In this document: in pieces, positions 9,446-19,919 of the stretch
How positions within the stretch are numbered: the stretch's first letter is position 1
Layout of the letters: each line of letters starts with the position of its first letter
Assembly (NCBI GenBank): GCA_020353515.1
Contig: CP070695.1
Location: 2,390,966-2,454,965, forward strand
Source: Candidatus Heimdallarchaeota archaeon
GTDB taxonomy: Archaea > Asgardarchaeota > Heimdallarchaeia > Hodarchaeales > Hodarchaeaceae
Length of the DNA: 64,000 nt
Reading direction: 5' to 3'
Made by a program: the position numbers and the translations under genes
The notes under the pieces: generated by a model
Seen by the model: only the letters and a program-made list of their open reading frames with translations
Database searches by the model: none
Told to the model about the DNA's origin: nothing

Positions 9446-10282
9446 CTAGAGAGTTTGTGCAACTTGTTTAGCTTTTCGGTTGATTATTAGATTAGAAAAT
9501 AAGATTAGTATTATTGACAAAATAAACGCAATGATAGGAACCCAAAATAATACGTTATTACTTGGTTGTAACCAAAGGACGAGTATTGTTGCCACAAGAC
9601 TGGGAATAAATAAGTAAGCTCCAGTCCTTAAAATCCAAAAACCATTTGTACCATGTTTGTGATCAAAGCGTCTAGGAAGACCACCGAAGGAAGCAGCATC
9701 ACCAATTATTCGATTAAGCTGTTCTTTTGGAGGTGAGGACGGAAAGTGAACTATCACTCTTTTGAATTTCTTTCGAAATATACCGAATGTAATTAGATTA
9801 AATATCCCAAGAGTAAGAGCTAATACAAGTTCGAATCCAAGCACAACGACTGGTCCAATGATGGGAGCTAAGAAAATCAGAAGTAAGACCACAGCAATGA
9901 TCAGGAAAAAAATGATGAAAGCTCCTGATGAATCACTACTAGTATCACAATCTCCAGTTCCTGAACAATCCGAAGAGGTGCAATCAGCTGCTCTTGAAGA
10001 TTCTCTTCGACCTGACCTCGTTCGAATGGTAGTGCGATCACGATCTGTTGGATAATGTGGTGTACGACCACAACGGAACCCTCCACACCAGTAATAACCA
10101 TGCCAGCAGCTTTCTTCAGCTAAATAGTACGTTCCTTCATCGCCAAATTCACGTCCTTCTTCTCGAGGACAAATCGTGTCACGACTCCTTAATGGAAATA
10201 TTTCTGCGGTTACTCCATGATTATTACATATTTCCTGTATAGTATTAGAAGCAATCCCGTTAAATTCAATATCCATTATCAA
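9446..10282 (-). CDS. Hypothetical membrane protein with a Cys-rich, Asp/Ser-rich N-terminal region
   Basis: CWHGYYWCGGFRC, DCTSSDCSGTGDCD, then 4 TM helices. Confidence 0.65.
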   Translation of the reverse strand: MIMDIEFNGIASNTIQEICNNHGVTAEIFPLRSRDTICPREEGREFGDEGTYYLAEESCWHGYYWCGGFRCGRTPHYPTDRDRTTIRTRSGRRESSRAADCTSSDCSGTGDCDTSSDSSGAFIIFFLIIAVVLLLIFLAPIIGPVVVLGFELVLALTLGIFNLITFGIFRKKFKRVIVHFPSSPPKEQLNRIIGDAASFGGLPRRFDHKHGTNGFWILRTGAYLFIPSLVATILVLWLQPSNNVLFWVPIIAFILSIILILFSNLIINRKAKQVAQTL

Positions 10283-10312
10283 TTCCCCATGATTCTGATT
10301 TCATTACTAGAT

Positions 10313-11341
10313 TCAGGAACAAAACCTCTTTTTAATTATACGAAGTGCTTGAAGTTCTCCAAATAATAATAATTTAGATCCAGGTACAACTTTATCCTCA
10401 GAATCAGGATGAGCAATCTTATCGATCGCCAAAATGGAAATTTTGTATAACTCTTCAAAGTTTTCTACCTGAATTGGCTCAAATTGTGAATCTAATGTTA
10501 ATTCCATCAGATGAAACTCAGTATCGCCCTTTTTAGACTTAAGAGATTGAATAATCCCATCTTCGAAGCTTGTTGCGACAAAAGCAGGAGCAGCGATTGC
10601 GGATGTACTTATGGCTGCATCAATGTCAAATAAATCTGTAACTTTTTGAGCGAAATCTTGATCAAAAGCACGGATAACCGTTCGTAGTTCTTTATTCAAT
10701 CCCTTTGCTTTGGAGGCGATCTTAAAGTTCATTAAATCATCATTTGTGACTGCTAACAAGGCTCGAGCTTTTGAGACATTTGCTTGTTCCAGTATTACGT
10801 CCTTACTTGCGTCTCCAAAAATAACAGCAATATTCGGATCTTCAAGAAGCTGCTCTAGTATTTCTGTATGTTTTTCACTTTCAACCGTGATAACAGTTGT
10901 TTGAATTTCGTCGTCAGCCAATTCTCTTAGAATTCGCGTTCCAACATTCCCCAATCCTACCAAAATCGTGTGATTCTCCATTGTGTTTGCCAACCATTCA
11001 TTCCAGGTGTGTAAACGATATCTAAAAGTAAAAGCGACCATTCCAAATTCAATAACCCCAATCCCGATTAGCACCAGACCTAAAAAAGGATATACCACAT
11101 AAATCAGTTTTATTATCAGTTCACCCTCATGAGGAAAGGTATAAACTTCCATTGATAATAATAGGGCAATTGTGGCAAATATTGAATCAAGAATATCCCC
11201 AGAAAATTGAGGATCGTAAGATGAATGATAAAAAAGCTGGAATATTAATGTACCACTAATAATTGTGATTAAAAGAATTATTAAAACTACTTTAAGCTGA
11301 CTAAAAGCTAAGAGAAAGCTTCTTAGAAAGACTTTAACCAT
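10313..11341 (-). CDS. Potassium-channel-like protein with RCK (TrkA-N/C) domains
   Basis: 2TM plus pore-like helix; HTILVGLGNVG, GDAS, AVTNDDLMN; no TVGYG filter. Confidence 0.8.
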   Translation of the reverse strand: MVKVFLRSFLLAFSQLKVVLIILLITIISGTLIFQLFYHSSYDPQFSGDILDSIFATIALLLSMEVYTFPHEGELIIKLIYVVYPFLGLVLIGIGVIEFGMVAFTFRYRLHTWNEWLANTMENHTILVGLGNVGTRILRELADDEIQTTVITVESEKHTEILEQLLEDPNIAVIFGDASKDVILEQANVSKARALLAVTNDDLMNFKIASKAKGLNKELRTVIRAFDQDFAQKVTDLFDIDAAISTSAIAAPAFVATSFEDGIIQSLKSKKGDTEFHLMELTLDSQFEPIQVENFEELYKISILAIDKIAHPDSEDKVVPGSKLLLFGELQALRIIKKRFCS

Positions 11342-11455
11342 TTTAATAGTTCCTTCAGCTTTGCAGGGTCATCTGAACAACAATTTAAAGCAATAGTGAT
11401 CTTATTAATAATTTATTAGTCACAAACAAAATCGTATGGATATAAGGGATGAACA

Positions 11456-12298
11456 ATGAGACGCTTTGTAGTCGGTGGTAACTGGAAGATGCAAATTTCA
11501 CAGGTCGAAGAGGCCGTGAGAATTACTGAAAATATAGCAAACGCGATAAAAAATATTTCAATGGTTGATGTATTCATTGCTCCCTCTTTTAACGCCCTAT
11601 ATTCAGTTGGAAAATCTATTTCAAATACGAATTTAAAATTAGCAAGCCAAAATATCCATTATCTTGAACAGGGGGCATTTACTGGAGAAACTTCAATTCT
11701 TTCCTGCATTAATGCTGGTTGTGAGTATGTCATTCTTGGGCATAGTGAACGACGACGGATATTTGGGGAAACAGGTGAGAATATAAATCAAAAAGTCTTG
11801 AAAACATTGGAAAAAGGTCTCAAAGCAGTTTTATGTATTGGAGAGACTGCGAAAGAACGTGCTGAAGGCCGTGTTAAAGAAGTTAATCAAAGTCAGCTAG
11901 CTGGGAGTTTGAAAGGGGTATCTCAAACCCAAATTGAAAAAATAATCATAGCATATGAACCAGTTTGGGCAATCAACAACAAATTTCTAAATCCTGATAT
12001 TGAAATCAAGCCAGCTACACCACATCAAGCCAGTGAAGCTCATGCAATGGTTCGTGATTGGTTTAGGCAAGAATATGGAGACTCCATCGCCAACTCAATC
12101 CAGATTATTTACGGTGGGTCAATGAACCAGAAAAACGCCGAAGAACTCCTCAAAATAGATGATATCGACGGGGGATTAATAGGTGGAGCATCCTTGACCG
12201 CAAAAACCTTTCTACCAATTATACGCTCTGCAGAGAAACTTTCAAAACAGGATCCTGAATATGAATGGGATAGTAATACTCTGAGGTTTAGAAAATGA
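11456..12298 (+). CDS. tpiA: Triosephosphate isomerase (bacterial/eukaryotic type)
   Basis: GGNWKM, GAFTGE, GHSERR, AYEPVWAI, YGGS, DGGLIGGASL. Confidence 0.97.
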   Translation: MRRFVVGGNWKMQISQVEEAVRITENIANAIKNISMVDVFIAPSFNALYSVGKSISNTNLKLASQNIHYLEQGAFTGETSILSCINAGCEYVILGHSERRRIFGETGENINQKVLKTLEKGLKAVLCIGETAKERAEGRVKEVNQSQLAGSLKGVSQTQIEKIIIAYEPVWAINNKFLNPDIEIKPATPHQASEAHAMVRDWFRQEYGDSIANSIQIIYGGSMNQKNAEELLKIDDIDGGLIGGASLTAKTFLPIIRSAEKLSKQDPEYEWDSNTLRFRK

Positions 12299-12450
12299 AA
12301 TAGTATTTTATTCCTAGAGTTGTAATCAATAACATCAGGAATAATTTCGTGACCTTCTTGGCGTTTTACCTATGCAACGTTTTTATAGACAAATTGCATA
12401 ATAAAACTTACGTGGTTTTCTGAAACTAAAACCCCTAAGGAGAGCATAAA

Positions 12451-12657
12451 ATGGATTCCACCTATAAAGTTATCCAACTAGTTGGTTCCTCCCCAACAAG
12501 TTGGGAAGAGGCGGTTACACACGCTGTTGAGAAAGCTTCTAAGACCCTTCGTGATTTACGTATTGTCACAGTTGATGAGCTAGATTGTCGAGTTGAAGAG
12601 GGCAAAATAACTGCTTTTCGAGCGCGAGTTCGTCTCAGCTTCAAGATGGAAGGCTAA
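12451..12657 (+). CDS. Dodecin (flavin-binding)
   Basis: YKVIQLVGSSPTSWEEA...ASKTLRDLR...VRLSFK. Confidence 0.92.
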   Translation: MDSTYKVIQLVGSSPTSWEEAVTHAVEKASKTLRDLRIVTVDELDCRVEEGKITAFRARVRLSFKMEG

Positions 12658-12706
12658 GATTTAGTCTTCTTTATCATTCTTTTTTTTTCAAGGAAAGAAA
12701 ATCTTA

Positions 12707-13141
12707 ATGAGCAACAGGAAATACCCTCAGAGACCTTGGGTCAGTGCACACGGCATTATTTTTGACCAACAAAAAGAAAAGATACTTCTGACTAAAAGAG
12801 CAGCACCTCCCAAGGCTTTATTTTGGTTTCCACCTGGAGGAGCGATTGACCTCGGTGAAACTGTGGAAGAGGGCTTGAAACGAGAAATTCTCGAGGAAAC
12901 CGACATTGTAGTTAAGAACCTACAGTTTATCAATTATATTGATGGAATAACTCCTGATTCGAATGGTAAAGTTAAATATCATTTCGTTGTGTTCATGTTT
13001 GAAGCAGAGTATTTTAAAGGCACAATAAAAGCTAAAGACGATGCATTGGATGTAAAGTGGGTATCTATTGAGGACATAATGTCTGAAACTATTCCCGTAC
13101 CATCAGAATTAATTTCTATTTTAAAAGAAACGAAAAAATGA
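12707..13141 (+). CDS. NUDIX hydrolase
   Basis: Nudix box GGAIDLGETVEEGLKREILEETD; DDALDVKW. Confidence 0.93.
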   Translation: MSNRKYPQRPWVSAHGIIFDQQKEKILLTKRAAPPKALFWFPPGGAIDLGETVEEGLKREILEETDIVVKNLQFINYIDGITPDSNGKVKYHFVVFMFEAEYFKGTIKAKDDALDVKWVSIEDIMSETIPVPSELISILKETKK

Positions 13142-13180
13142 CCAGAGAAGTTAAATCATCATTTTTTTTTATTTTATAAT

Positions 13181-13993
13181 CTAACTATTTTCACTGATAA
13201 TTTTTTTAATTGCCGCCATATAATCTTCTGGACCAATTAATAGTAGGTCGTTATGTCCTGCCCCAGGTACGATTAGAATATTCTTCTCTTCACTTGCAAC
13301 GTTTTTATGGAGAGCAACACCATCCTCTAAGGGAATTATTACATCATTTTCTCCATGAATAAATAGAGAAGGAATCCTGACATTTTTAATAAGAGGGAGA
13401 GTAGAAGCAACCTCTTCTTTTTCTGGAGGTAACATTGAAGAAGGGATACCTAAACGTCTAAGGAGATTATAAGTGTAGGCAAACCCACTTTCAATAATCA
13501 AGCAGACTAGTTGATTTTGGTAATGGGCCGCGATTTCAATTGCTGAAGCACTTCCAAGAGATCTACCCATTACTGAAACTGATCCTAAGAATTTATTTTC
13601 GAAGAGATATTTTCTAAACTCTTGATAAATCGCATGAGCATCTTTAATCATACTAGAAAAGGTTGGATACCCAGTACTTTGGCCATAACCTCTATAATCA
13701 GCAACAAAAAGGTTTATCCCCAACTGTTGGTAAGTCGGCCCTATAAAATCATAATCAGTTGCGATTTCTCCGTTACCATGGAAAAATAAAATTGTTGGAG
13801 CAAGTTTATATTCATTTGTCCGGTAGAAACGCCCTACAATATTAATATCCCCCTTTATAGGAATTGTAAGGGAGTAAGTATCGTTTGTTTCTCGGGACGC
13901 TCCTTGATGCCTTCGGGGGTAAAAAATAAACCGTACCAAATCAGGATGATCAAGGAATGTTAAATCTCTCTCTTCAGAGCTCATAATTAACAC
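13181..13993 (-). CDS. Alpha/beta hydrolase (ABHD17/BEM46-like)
   Basis: FFHGNGE, DYRGYG, GRSLG, IHGEND, GAGHND. Confidence 0.92.
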   Translation of the reverse strand: MLIMSSEERDLTFLDHPDLVRFIFYPRRHQGASRETNDTYSLTIPIKGDINIVGRFYRTNEYKLAPTILFFHGNGEIATDYDFIGPTYQQLGINLFVADYRGYGQSTGYPTFSSMIKDAHAIYQEFRKYLFENKFLGSVSVMGRSLGSASAIEIAAHYQNQLVCLIIESGFAYTYNLLRRLGIPSSMLPPEKEEVASTLPLIKNVRIPSLFIHGENDVIIPLEDGVALHKNVASEEKNILIVPGAGHNDLLLIGPEDYMAAIKKIISENS

Positions 13994-14014
13994 AATGTCC
14001 TAAACTTAAATTTC

Positions 14015-14755
14015 TCATGTTATCGGTACAAGGATGTCGAGAATTATTTTAATTACAACCATTATGGGAGCATAAACAAAAATTGAAGCTATTAAATCCC
14101 AGATGTAATGTTCTCCTAGGTATATCACGGAAAAAGAAAAGAAAGTTACCAAAATTAAAAAGAAGAGAATACCCACAATCCAACCAGACCAAGAATCATT
14201 CAAAAAGAAGAAGAAGCATAAGAGGGCGCCTGCTAGCATCATCCCAAAATGATTACTTGGTAAGCCATTATATAATAGTCCATTTACGTTATCGCTCTGC
14301 TTAAACTTTAGAAGTCGAATCGGAACCACTGGTAATTCACGGTCAAATTGATCCCATCGTATTGGAACCACTACAGGGAATAAAAATTGAATAGTCATCG
14401 AGGTTCCCCACGCGGTCAAGACCATTATGCCATATCGCCAAGCATTTTCCCCTTGTAGTCCACAGATAAAGATTTCAATTGCAACAGTTACAGCGAACAC
14501 CCAAAACCAGACTTGAATAGTAATAAAATCGAGGAACTTCCCCAATGTCTCATTAGATCTAAGATGTTTCTGTAGAAATTGCGTTGGATTGGGATTCATA
14601 AAAATAGCTCGATTGCGAACTCGGTCGGGAGTCTGCCATTTATTAGCACTTAACCAAAATATGAGCATTACAATCATTAGAAGTAGTAAAAAAACATTGA
14701 AAGGTACTGCAAATGCTTCTTGGTAAGCCTCGATTATTTCATTTAATACACCCAA
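14015..14755 (-). CDS. PAP2 superfamily membrane protein (Aur1/IPC-synthase-like, PAP2_3)
   Basis: LFPVVVP, GLPSNH, YLGEHYIWD motifs; about 6 TM helices. Confidence 0.78.
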   Translation of the reverse strand: MGVLNEIIEAYQEAFAVPFNVFLLLLMIVMLIFWLSANKWQTPDRVRNRAIFMNPNPTQFLQKHLRSNETLGKFLDFITIQVWFWVFAVTVAIEIFICGLQGENAWRYGIMVLTAWGTSMTIQFLFPVVVPIRWDQFDRELPVVPIRLLKFKQSDNVNGLLYNGLPSNHFGMMLAGALLCFFFFLNDSWSGWIVGILFFLILVTFFSFSVIYLGEHYIWDLIASIFVYAPIMVVIKIILDILVPIT

Positions 14756-14877
14756 GACATCACCGACTAGAACTGTACATTCTTTGAAATAAGGTAAGGA
14801 GGTAGAAATTTGTCTCAGTTCTTGTATATTACGCTAAAAAGAGAAAATCACTTTTTAATCAAACTGCGAAATAATTA

Positions 14878-15294
14878 CTATTTCTTTTTCTTATGCGATT
14901 TTATGAATCCTGACACATCTAAAAATGACTGTGCTTTCTCAAAATCAGCTTCATCTACTGAAAGGGCAATCTCTGCATTTTTTGCTATAAAACGTAAGAC
15001 ATAAAATGACAGAAGCCGAATTCCTTGATCTTTAAACAGTTGAGTAAAATGCCCAAAGGATCCTGGTTCATCAGGAATTGATGCAATCAAAATATCCTGA
15101 GTTGAAAACGGAATATTTAGTTTTTTTAGGACATTTATTGTACCTTTTATATTATCAGTGAATAAAACGGCTGTACATACCCCAAAGGCACTTGTACCTG
15201 CCATTGAGACGATATCAATGTCTTGTTGGCCCAAAGCTTTTCCGATCTTGGCGAGCGCATCACTATTTTCAAGATGAATTACAAATTGCTGCAA
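14878..15294 (-). CDS. Tandem ACT-domain protein
   Basis: LENSDALAKI..ALG..DIDI; IPDEPGSFG..TQLF...GI. Confidence 0.8.
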   Translation of the reverse strand: MQQFVIHLENSDALAKIGKALGQQDIDIVSMAGTSAFGVCTAVLFTDNIKGTINVLKKLNIPFSTQDILIASIPDEPGSFGHFTQLFKDQGIRLLSFYVLRFIAKNAEIALSVDEADFEKAQSFLDVSGFIKSHKKKK

Positions 15295-15363
15295 TCATAA
15301 CCCCTCGTGCTAGAGTATTTTACTCAATGTTTGTTTATAAAGTTTCACTGCTACAGAGATTTA

Positions 15364-16128
15364 CTATAAATAATGAGGAAGCTCTGTGATATTAGTAATA
15401 GTATTATGGATATCGAAGTCTTTTATTTTTTCTTTTTTTGATTCGTCTTGAGAAGAATATACCCAAAGAGCTTTAATGCCAAAAGATAAAGCTCCTTTAA
15501 TATCAGCGACAATCTCATCGCCTACATGAAGTACATGTTCTTTACTACGATAAGATAAACCTGATAATGCAGCAGAGAACACCTTGGGACTTGGTTTTCT
15601 CCAACCAAGATCTCCAGAGAATACAACCTGATCAAAATAGCTGATTATATCATATTTCCTAAGAACATCCCAGCCATTTGGAGCCCAAGAATGGTTTGAT
15701 GTTAATACTAAAGTATATTCATTTTCTTTCAAATAATCTAAAGTCTTAATCAATCCTGGAAACGCATGAATTAACGGTAATGCTGACTCAAAATAAAATT
15801 GAATTATCTCTGTTGCTAATGTTGATAATTCTGAGGATATTTCCGTAGAACTCTTTAATACTTCATATAGAATCTCATCATTTCGAAATTCCCTTTCAGT
15901 CTCTTTGTCGTGGATTTTTTGGCGAACAGAACTGTAATAATCTGTAATTATGTTATCCATGGTTATGTCAGTAATATATTGCTGAAGTCTTGGAAATTCA
16001 AGTAGTGCTTTTTCCATATGAGAATATAAATCAAAGGAGCTACGATCTACATACACAAGAGTGTTAAAAAGATCCAATGAAATAACATCAAAATTCTTTG
16101 GCGACATTCGGTTTATCTCCTCAATCAT
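15364..16128 (-). CDS. HAD-superfamily hydrolase
   Basis: DLFNTL, LTSN, RKPSP, HVGDEIVADI. Confidence 0.92.
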   Translation of the reverse strand: MIEEINRMSPKNFDVISLDLFNTLVYVDRSSFDLYSHMEKALLEFPRLQQYITDITMDNIITDYYSSVRQKIHDKETEREFRNDEILYEVLKSSTEISSELSTLATEIIQFYFESALPLIHAFPGLIKTLDYLKENEYTLVLTSNHSWAPNGWDVLRKYDIISYFDQVVFSGDLGWRKPSPKVFSAALSGLSYRSKEHVLHVGDEIVADIKGALSFGIKALWVYSSQDESKKEKIKDFDIHNTITNITELPHYL

Positions 16129-16325
16129 GCGGGGAAATGACGATATTTCATATACGTAAGAGTGAGTCGACGTGCTAACAATCGCCTGAGCGAACCTTGG
16201 GATTTTAACACAGAAGCAAAGAGTATACGGGGATCTTGGATTACTTTCTCCATGTTAGGAAAGGTTCCTATCGGAAGTCCTTTTGTAACGATTTCACCTT
16301 TGAGTAAATTGCCATAAACTCTCAT
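16125..16325 (-). CDS. Small basic hypothetical protein
   Basis: 66-aa ORF filling the gap between two same-strand genes, with an ATGA stop/start overlap with the HAD gene. Confidence 0.45.
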   Translation of the reverse strand: MRVYGNLLKGEIVTKGLPIGTFPNMEKVIQDPRILFASVLKSQGSLRRLLARRLTLTYMKYRHFPA

Positions 16326-16370
16326 TAATCATCTATCCAATATTTAAAGATGTAAGAAAAAACCATTATG

Positions 16371-17927
16371 TCATCCAGAAAATGTTTCAGGTGAGAACTT
16401 AAACATTCGTGCAAATTTCATTAGAAGATCCATATCATCAGTGGTGATATTGACTTTACCAGCCAGCATCGCTTGCATAGCATCTTGCTTTCCTAACATA
16501 ATATGCTTCCACGTAATAGAGTCTGTTGATACTTTCATTGTGGCTTGATCTGATGTAGCTTCTTCTACACGACATTTTTGATTCTTTATATATAACAACC
16601 AAGAATGCGCATCAGAAAAATCAAATTGAATTAAAGCAGTGACGCCCTCTGCTCTTTCAGGACGGAAACCTTTAGGAATCTGGGACATCATTGATGAAAA
16701 ATCAATATCTAAATCTTGAATTTTCTCTGCTGGTCCTCGTTTTTGTTCGATATAAACTTCTCTTTGAATAAGGAACCGCATAATTTCTGATGTTCCTCCA
16801 CCAATGGTTCCTAGACGAGCATCACGATAAAATTTTTCAATTCCAGAGTAATCTTTAACATATCCTTCCCCGCCAAGGATTTGGATTGCCATATCTGTGA
16901 CTTTTAACGCTGCTTCTGTTGCAAACAGTTTAGCCATGGTGGCTTCTTTAGTTGCTGGTTGTTTTCGTTCTATCATCCTAGCTGCGGAAACAGTCATTAA
17001 TCTACTAGCTCGCATGAGTGTTGCCATGTCAGCAATTTTAAACGATATTGCTTCAAAACGTGATATTGGTCTTCCAAATTGAACTCTATTCATTGAATGT
17101 TCAACAGCTGTTTCAAAAGGTTTTCTCATACAACCAAGGGATTCAGCTGCAATACCAACCCGCTCAGTGTCTAATTCATCCATTAAAATTAAAAATCCTT
17201 GATTCTGTTTACCAAGCATATTTTCAGGAGGAACCCTCATATCATCGATTTTAAAATGAGTATTACAAACTCCACGTCGACCCATAAGATCAAAATCTTT
17301 GATCACTGTGAATCCCTCCCATTTTGTTTCGATTATGAATGCTGACATACCTGACTTACTGTCAACAGATTGATCTGTTATTGCAAAGGTCACTATCTGA
17401 TCCGCGATCGATCCATTTGTAATGAACCTTTTCTCACCGTTTAATATCCAAACTTGTTCATTTTCGTCCCAAGTGGCTTTTGTTTCCATACCTGCAGTAT
17501 CACTACCGACATTCGGTTCAGTGATAGCAAGTGATCCTATTGTTTTTCCTTTTGCTAATGGTAATAGATATTTTTGTTTCTGTTCTTCAGTTCCAAATCG
17601 CAATATAGGGATTGCAGAGAGCGTACAGCTCGCACCAAATCCCATTGTTAGAGCTGGACTTACAGCAGAGATTTCTTCACCTGTAAGGAGTTGAAACATT
17701 AAAGATTTGCCCAATCCACCGTATTCTTTAGGAATCATTATCCCAGCGAAACCCTCTCGTCCCATTTTTTGCATGAGATCGCGCCACATATGGTCTGGTA
17801 GTGGGGCATCGGTTTCAACCTTCTTAGCAATGTGTTCAATTTCTTTCTCTACAAATCTTCTAGCAACCTCACGAAATATGAGTTCTTCTTCATTGTAGAG
17901 TATTTCTTCATCATTAATCAAGGTCAT
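16371..17927 (-). CDS. Acyl-CoA dehydrogenase fused to a C-terminal SCP2 domain
   Basis: ITEPNVGSD, LNGEKRFITNG, RVQFGRPI, IGGGTSEI; C-terminal FRPERAEG...DAMQAMLAGKV. Confidence 0.93.
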   Translation of the reverse strand: MTLINDEEILYNEEELIFREVARRFVEKEIEHIAKKVETDAPLPDHMWRDLMQKMGREGFAGIMIPKEYGGLGKSLMFQLLTGEEISAVSPALTMGFGASCTLSAIPILRFGTEEQKQKYLLPLAKGKTIGSLAITEPNVGSDTAGMETKATWDENEQVWILNGEKRFITNGSIADQIVTFAITDQSVDSKSGMSAFIIETKWEGFTVIKDFDLMGRRGVCNTHFKIDDMRVPPENMLGKQNQGFLILMDELDTERVGIAAESLGCMRKPFETAVEHSMNRVQFGRPISRFEAISFKIADMATLMRASRLMTVSAARMIERKQPATKEATMAKLFATEAALKVTDMAIQILGGEGYVKDYSGIEKFYRDARLGTIGGGTSEIMRFLIQREVYIEQKRGPAEKIQDLDIDFSSMMSQIPKGFRPERAEGVTALIQFDFSDAHSWLLYIKNQKCRVEEATSDQATMKVSTDSITWKHIMLGKQDAMQAMLAGKVNITTDDMDLLMKFARMFKFSPETFSG

Positions 17928-18203
17928 TACGGATCATCTTACAAAAATAAACTTAAATACTATATTATCTTTGATATTTCTTCTTTTTAGGGCTGTACGA
18001 CAATTTTTGAGGTGAGTGCTATAGACTTTTTTCGTCAGTTCACTTGCTAGTTGCTGTTTATTGTTTCTGATTTTTCTTTTTATTCCTTACCACTATTTTC
18101 CTATAAAACTATCGATTTTTTCGAAATTCTTCTTAATAGACTAATTTATATACGAAAAATAATTAATTAATATCCTGCTTTCAATTCTAGACTTCAGTTT
18201 AAG

Positions 18204-19916
18204 GTGACTGATCCGATGAGTCAAGAACCCTTTTTTTGGAAAAAAAACTGGGACGAGGGTGTAAAAGACTTAGATCCACGTATATGGGAAACAACTTATC
18301 CCCAAGCAATTAGAGACACTTTTGAAACATTAACAGATAATCTAGCCCTTGAATACCTAGGAATAGAAATTACGTTTGGTGAATTAGATCGTTATTCTAA
18401 TCAATTTGCTCATATGTTGATTGAAGAGGGTTTTCAGGTTGGTGATCGGATTGGGATTAACTTACCGAACATTCCACAGTTTGTAATAGCTTTACTAGGT
18501 GCACTAAAAGCGGGGTGTGTTGTCACTGGTGTGTCTTTCCTTCTTTCTGAAGATCAGTTACTCTACCAGCTAAATGACGCAGAAGCAAAAGGAATTGTAA
18601 CACTAGACGCAATCTTCGAAAAAAGGTTGTTAAATATTGCTCCACAGCTACCAAACTTAAAATTATATGTTTGTACAAGCATAGGAGGTTTTTTACCTAA
18701 GATTAAACAGGTCTTAGGGAAATTACTTGGTAAGATTCCTATAGGGAATGTTGTACCTCTTAGCGGAAAAACAGTCATAGATTTTATGGATATTCTAAAA
18801 ACGAACCGTTATCCGACAATTTTACCAGAGAATACCTTAACTCCTGATGATATTGCTTACGTACTCTATACAGGGGGAACCACTGGCCCACCAAAAGGGG
18901 CTATGCTCACCCACCGTAATATCATGTCAAATATATTTATGGTAATGAAATGGTTGAACTGGGAGAAGGGTAGCGGGAGTGCACTGTCAGGGTTTCCTTT
19001 TTTCCATATAGCAGGATTATTTTTTTGTGAAAACTGTATAATTCTCGGATGGCCTCAATTACTTGTCCCAAATCCTCGAGATACAGACCATATTTGTAAA
19101 TTGATGAAAAAATATCAACCTACATGTGTTGTAAACGTACCCTCTCTTTTTCAAATGCTACTTGAGAATCCTAAGTTCAAGGAATTAGACCATTCGAAAT
19201 TAGACACATGCATTTCTGCAGCAGCCCCTTTTCCAGTGGAATCCCAAAGGGAACTTGAGAGTATCGTGGGAAAAGAGAAATTACTTGAAGTCTATGGTAT
19301 GACTGAAACTTCCCCCTTAACGACAATGAATCCCTATCTTGGTGTTAAAAAGTTGGGTACTATTGGTTTACCTATAATGAATACCGATATAAAATTAGTA
19401 GAACCCTCAACTGGAGATGAGATTAAACTAGGTGAACCTGGTGAGATTTGCGTGAAAGGTCCACAAGTAATGAAAGGTTACTGGAACAACCCTGAAGCTA
19501 CAAAACAAACGATTGATGAGAATGGCTACATTCATACTGGAGATGTAGCAATCATGGATGAAGATGGATACCTCCGTATTGTAGATCGTATAAAAGATAT
19601 GATTATTGTTAGTGGTTTCAAGGTCTTTTCGACTAAATTAGAAGACACCCTCACCCAGCATCCAGCAATAAATATGGTTGCAACCATTGGTATTCCCAAT
19701 CCAGACCGTCCAGGTTCAGAGCTAGTTAAGGCTTACATCACACTTTCCCCCAATTTTGAGTTTGATGGAAACAAAGATCGGTTAACTAAGACAATTATCG
19801 AATGGGCTAAAGAAAAAGTTTCTCCATATGAAGTTCCAAAAATCATTGAGATACGTGAGGAATTACCTCTAACCACTGTTGGCAAGGTAGATAAAATACT
19901 TCTACGGAAAGAATAG
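18204..19916 (+). CDS. Long-chain fatty acid--CoA ligase
   Basis: YTGGTTGPPKG, YGMTE, HTGD, DRIKD, VGKVDK. Confidence 0.93.
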   Translation: MTDPMSQEPFFWKKNWDEGVKDLDPRIWETTYPQAIRDTFETLTDNLALEYLGIEITFGELDRYSNQFAHMLIEEGFQVGDRIGINLPNIPQFVIALLGALKAGCVVTGVSFLLSEDQLLYQLNDAEAKGIVTLDAIFEKRLLNIAPQLPNLKLYVCTSIGGFLPKIKQVLGKLLGKIPIGNVVPLSGKTVIDFMDILKTNRYPTILPENTLTPDDIAYVLYTGGTTGPPKGAMLTHRNIMSNIFMVMKWLNWEKGSGSALSGFPFFHIAGLFFCENCIILGWPQLLVPNPRDTDHICKLMKKYQPTCVVNVPSLFQMLLENPKFKELDHSKLDTCISAAAPFPVESQRELESIVGKEKLLEVYGMTETSPLTTMNPYLGVKKLGTIGLPIMNTDIKLVEPSTGDEIKLGEPGEICVKGPQVMKGYWNNPEATKQTIDENGYIHTGDVAIMDEDGYLRIVDRIKDMIIVSGFKVFSTKLEDTLTQHPAINMVATIGIPNPDRPGSELVKAYITLSPNFEFDGNKDRLTKTIIEWAKEKVSPYEVPKIIEIREELPLTTVGKVDKILLRKE

Positions 19917-19919
19917 ATT

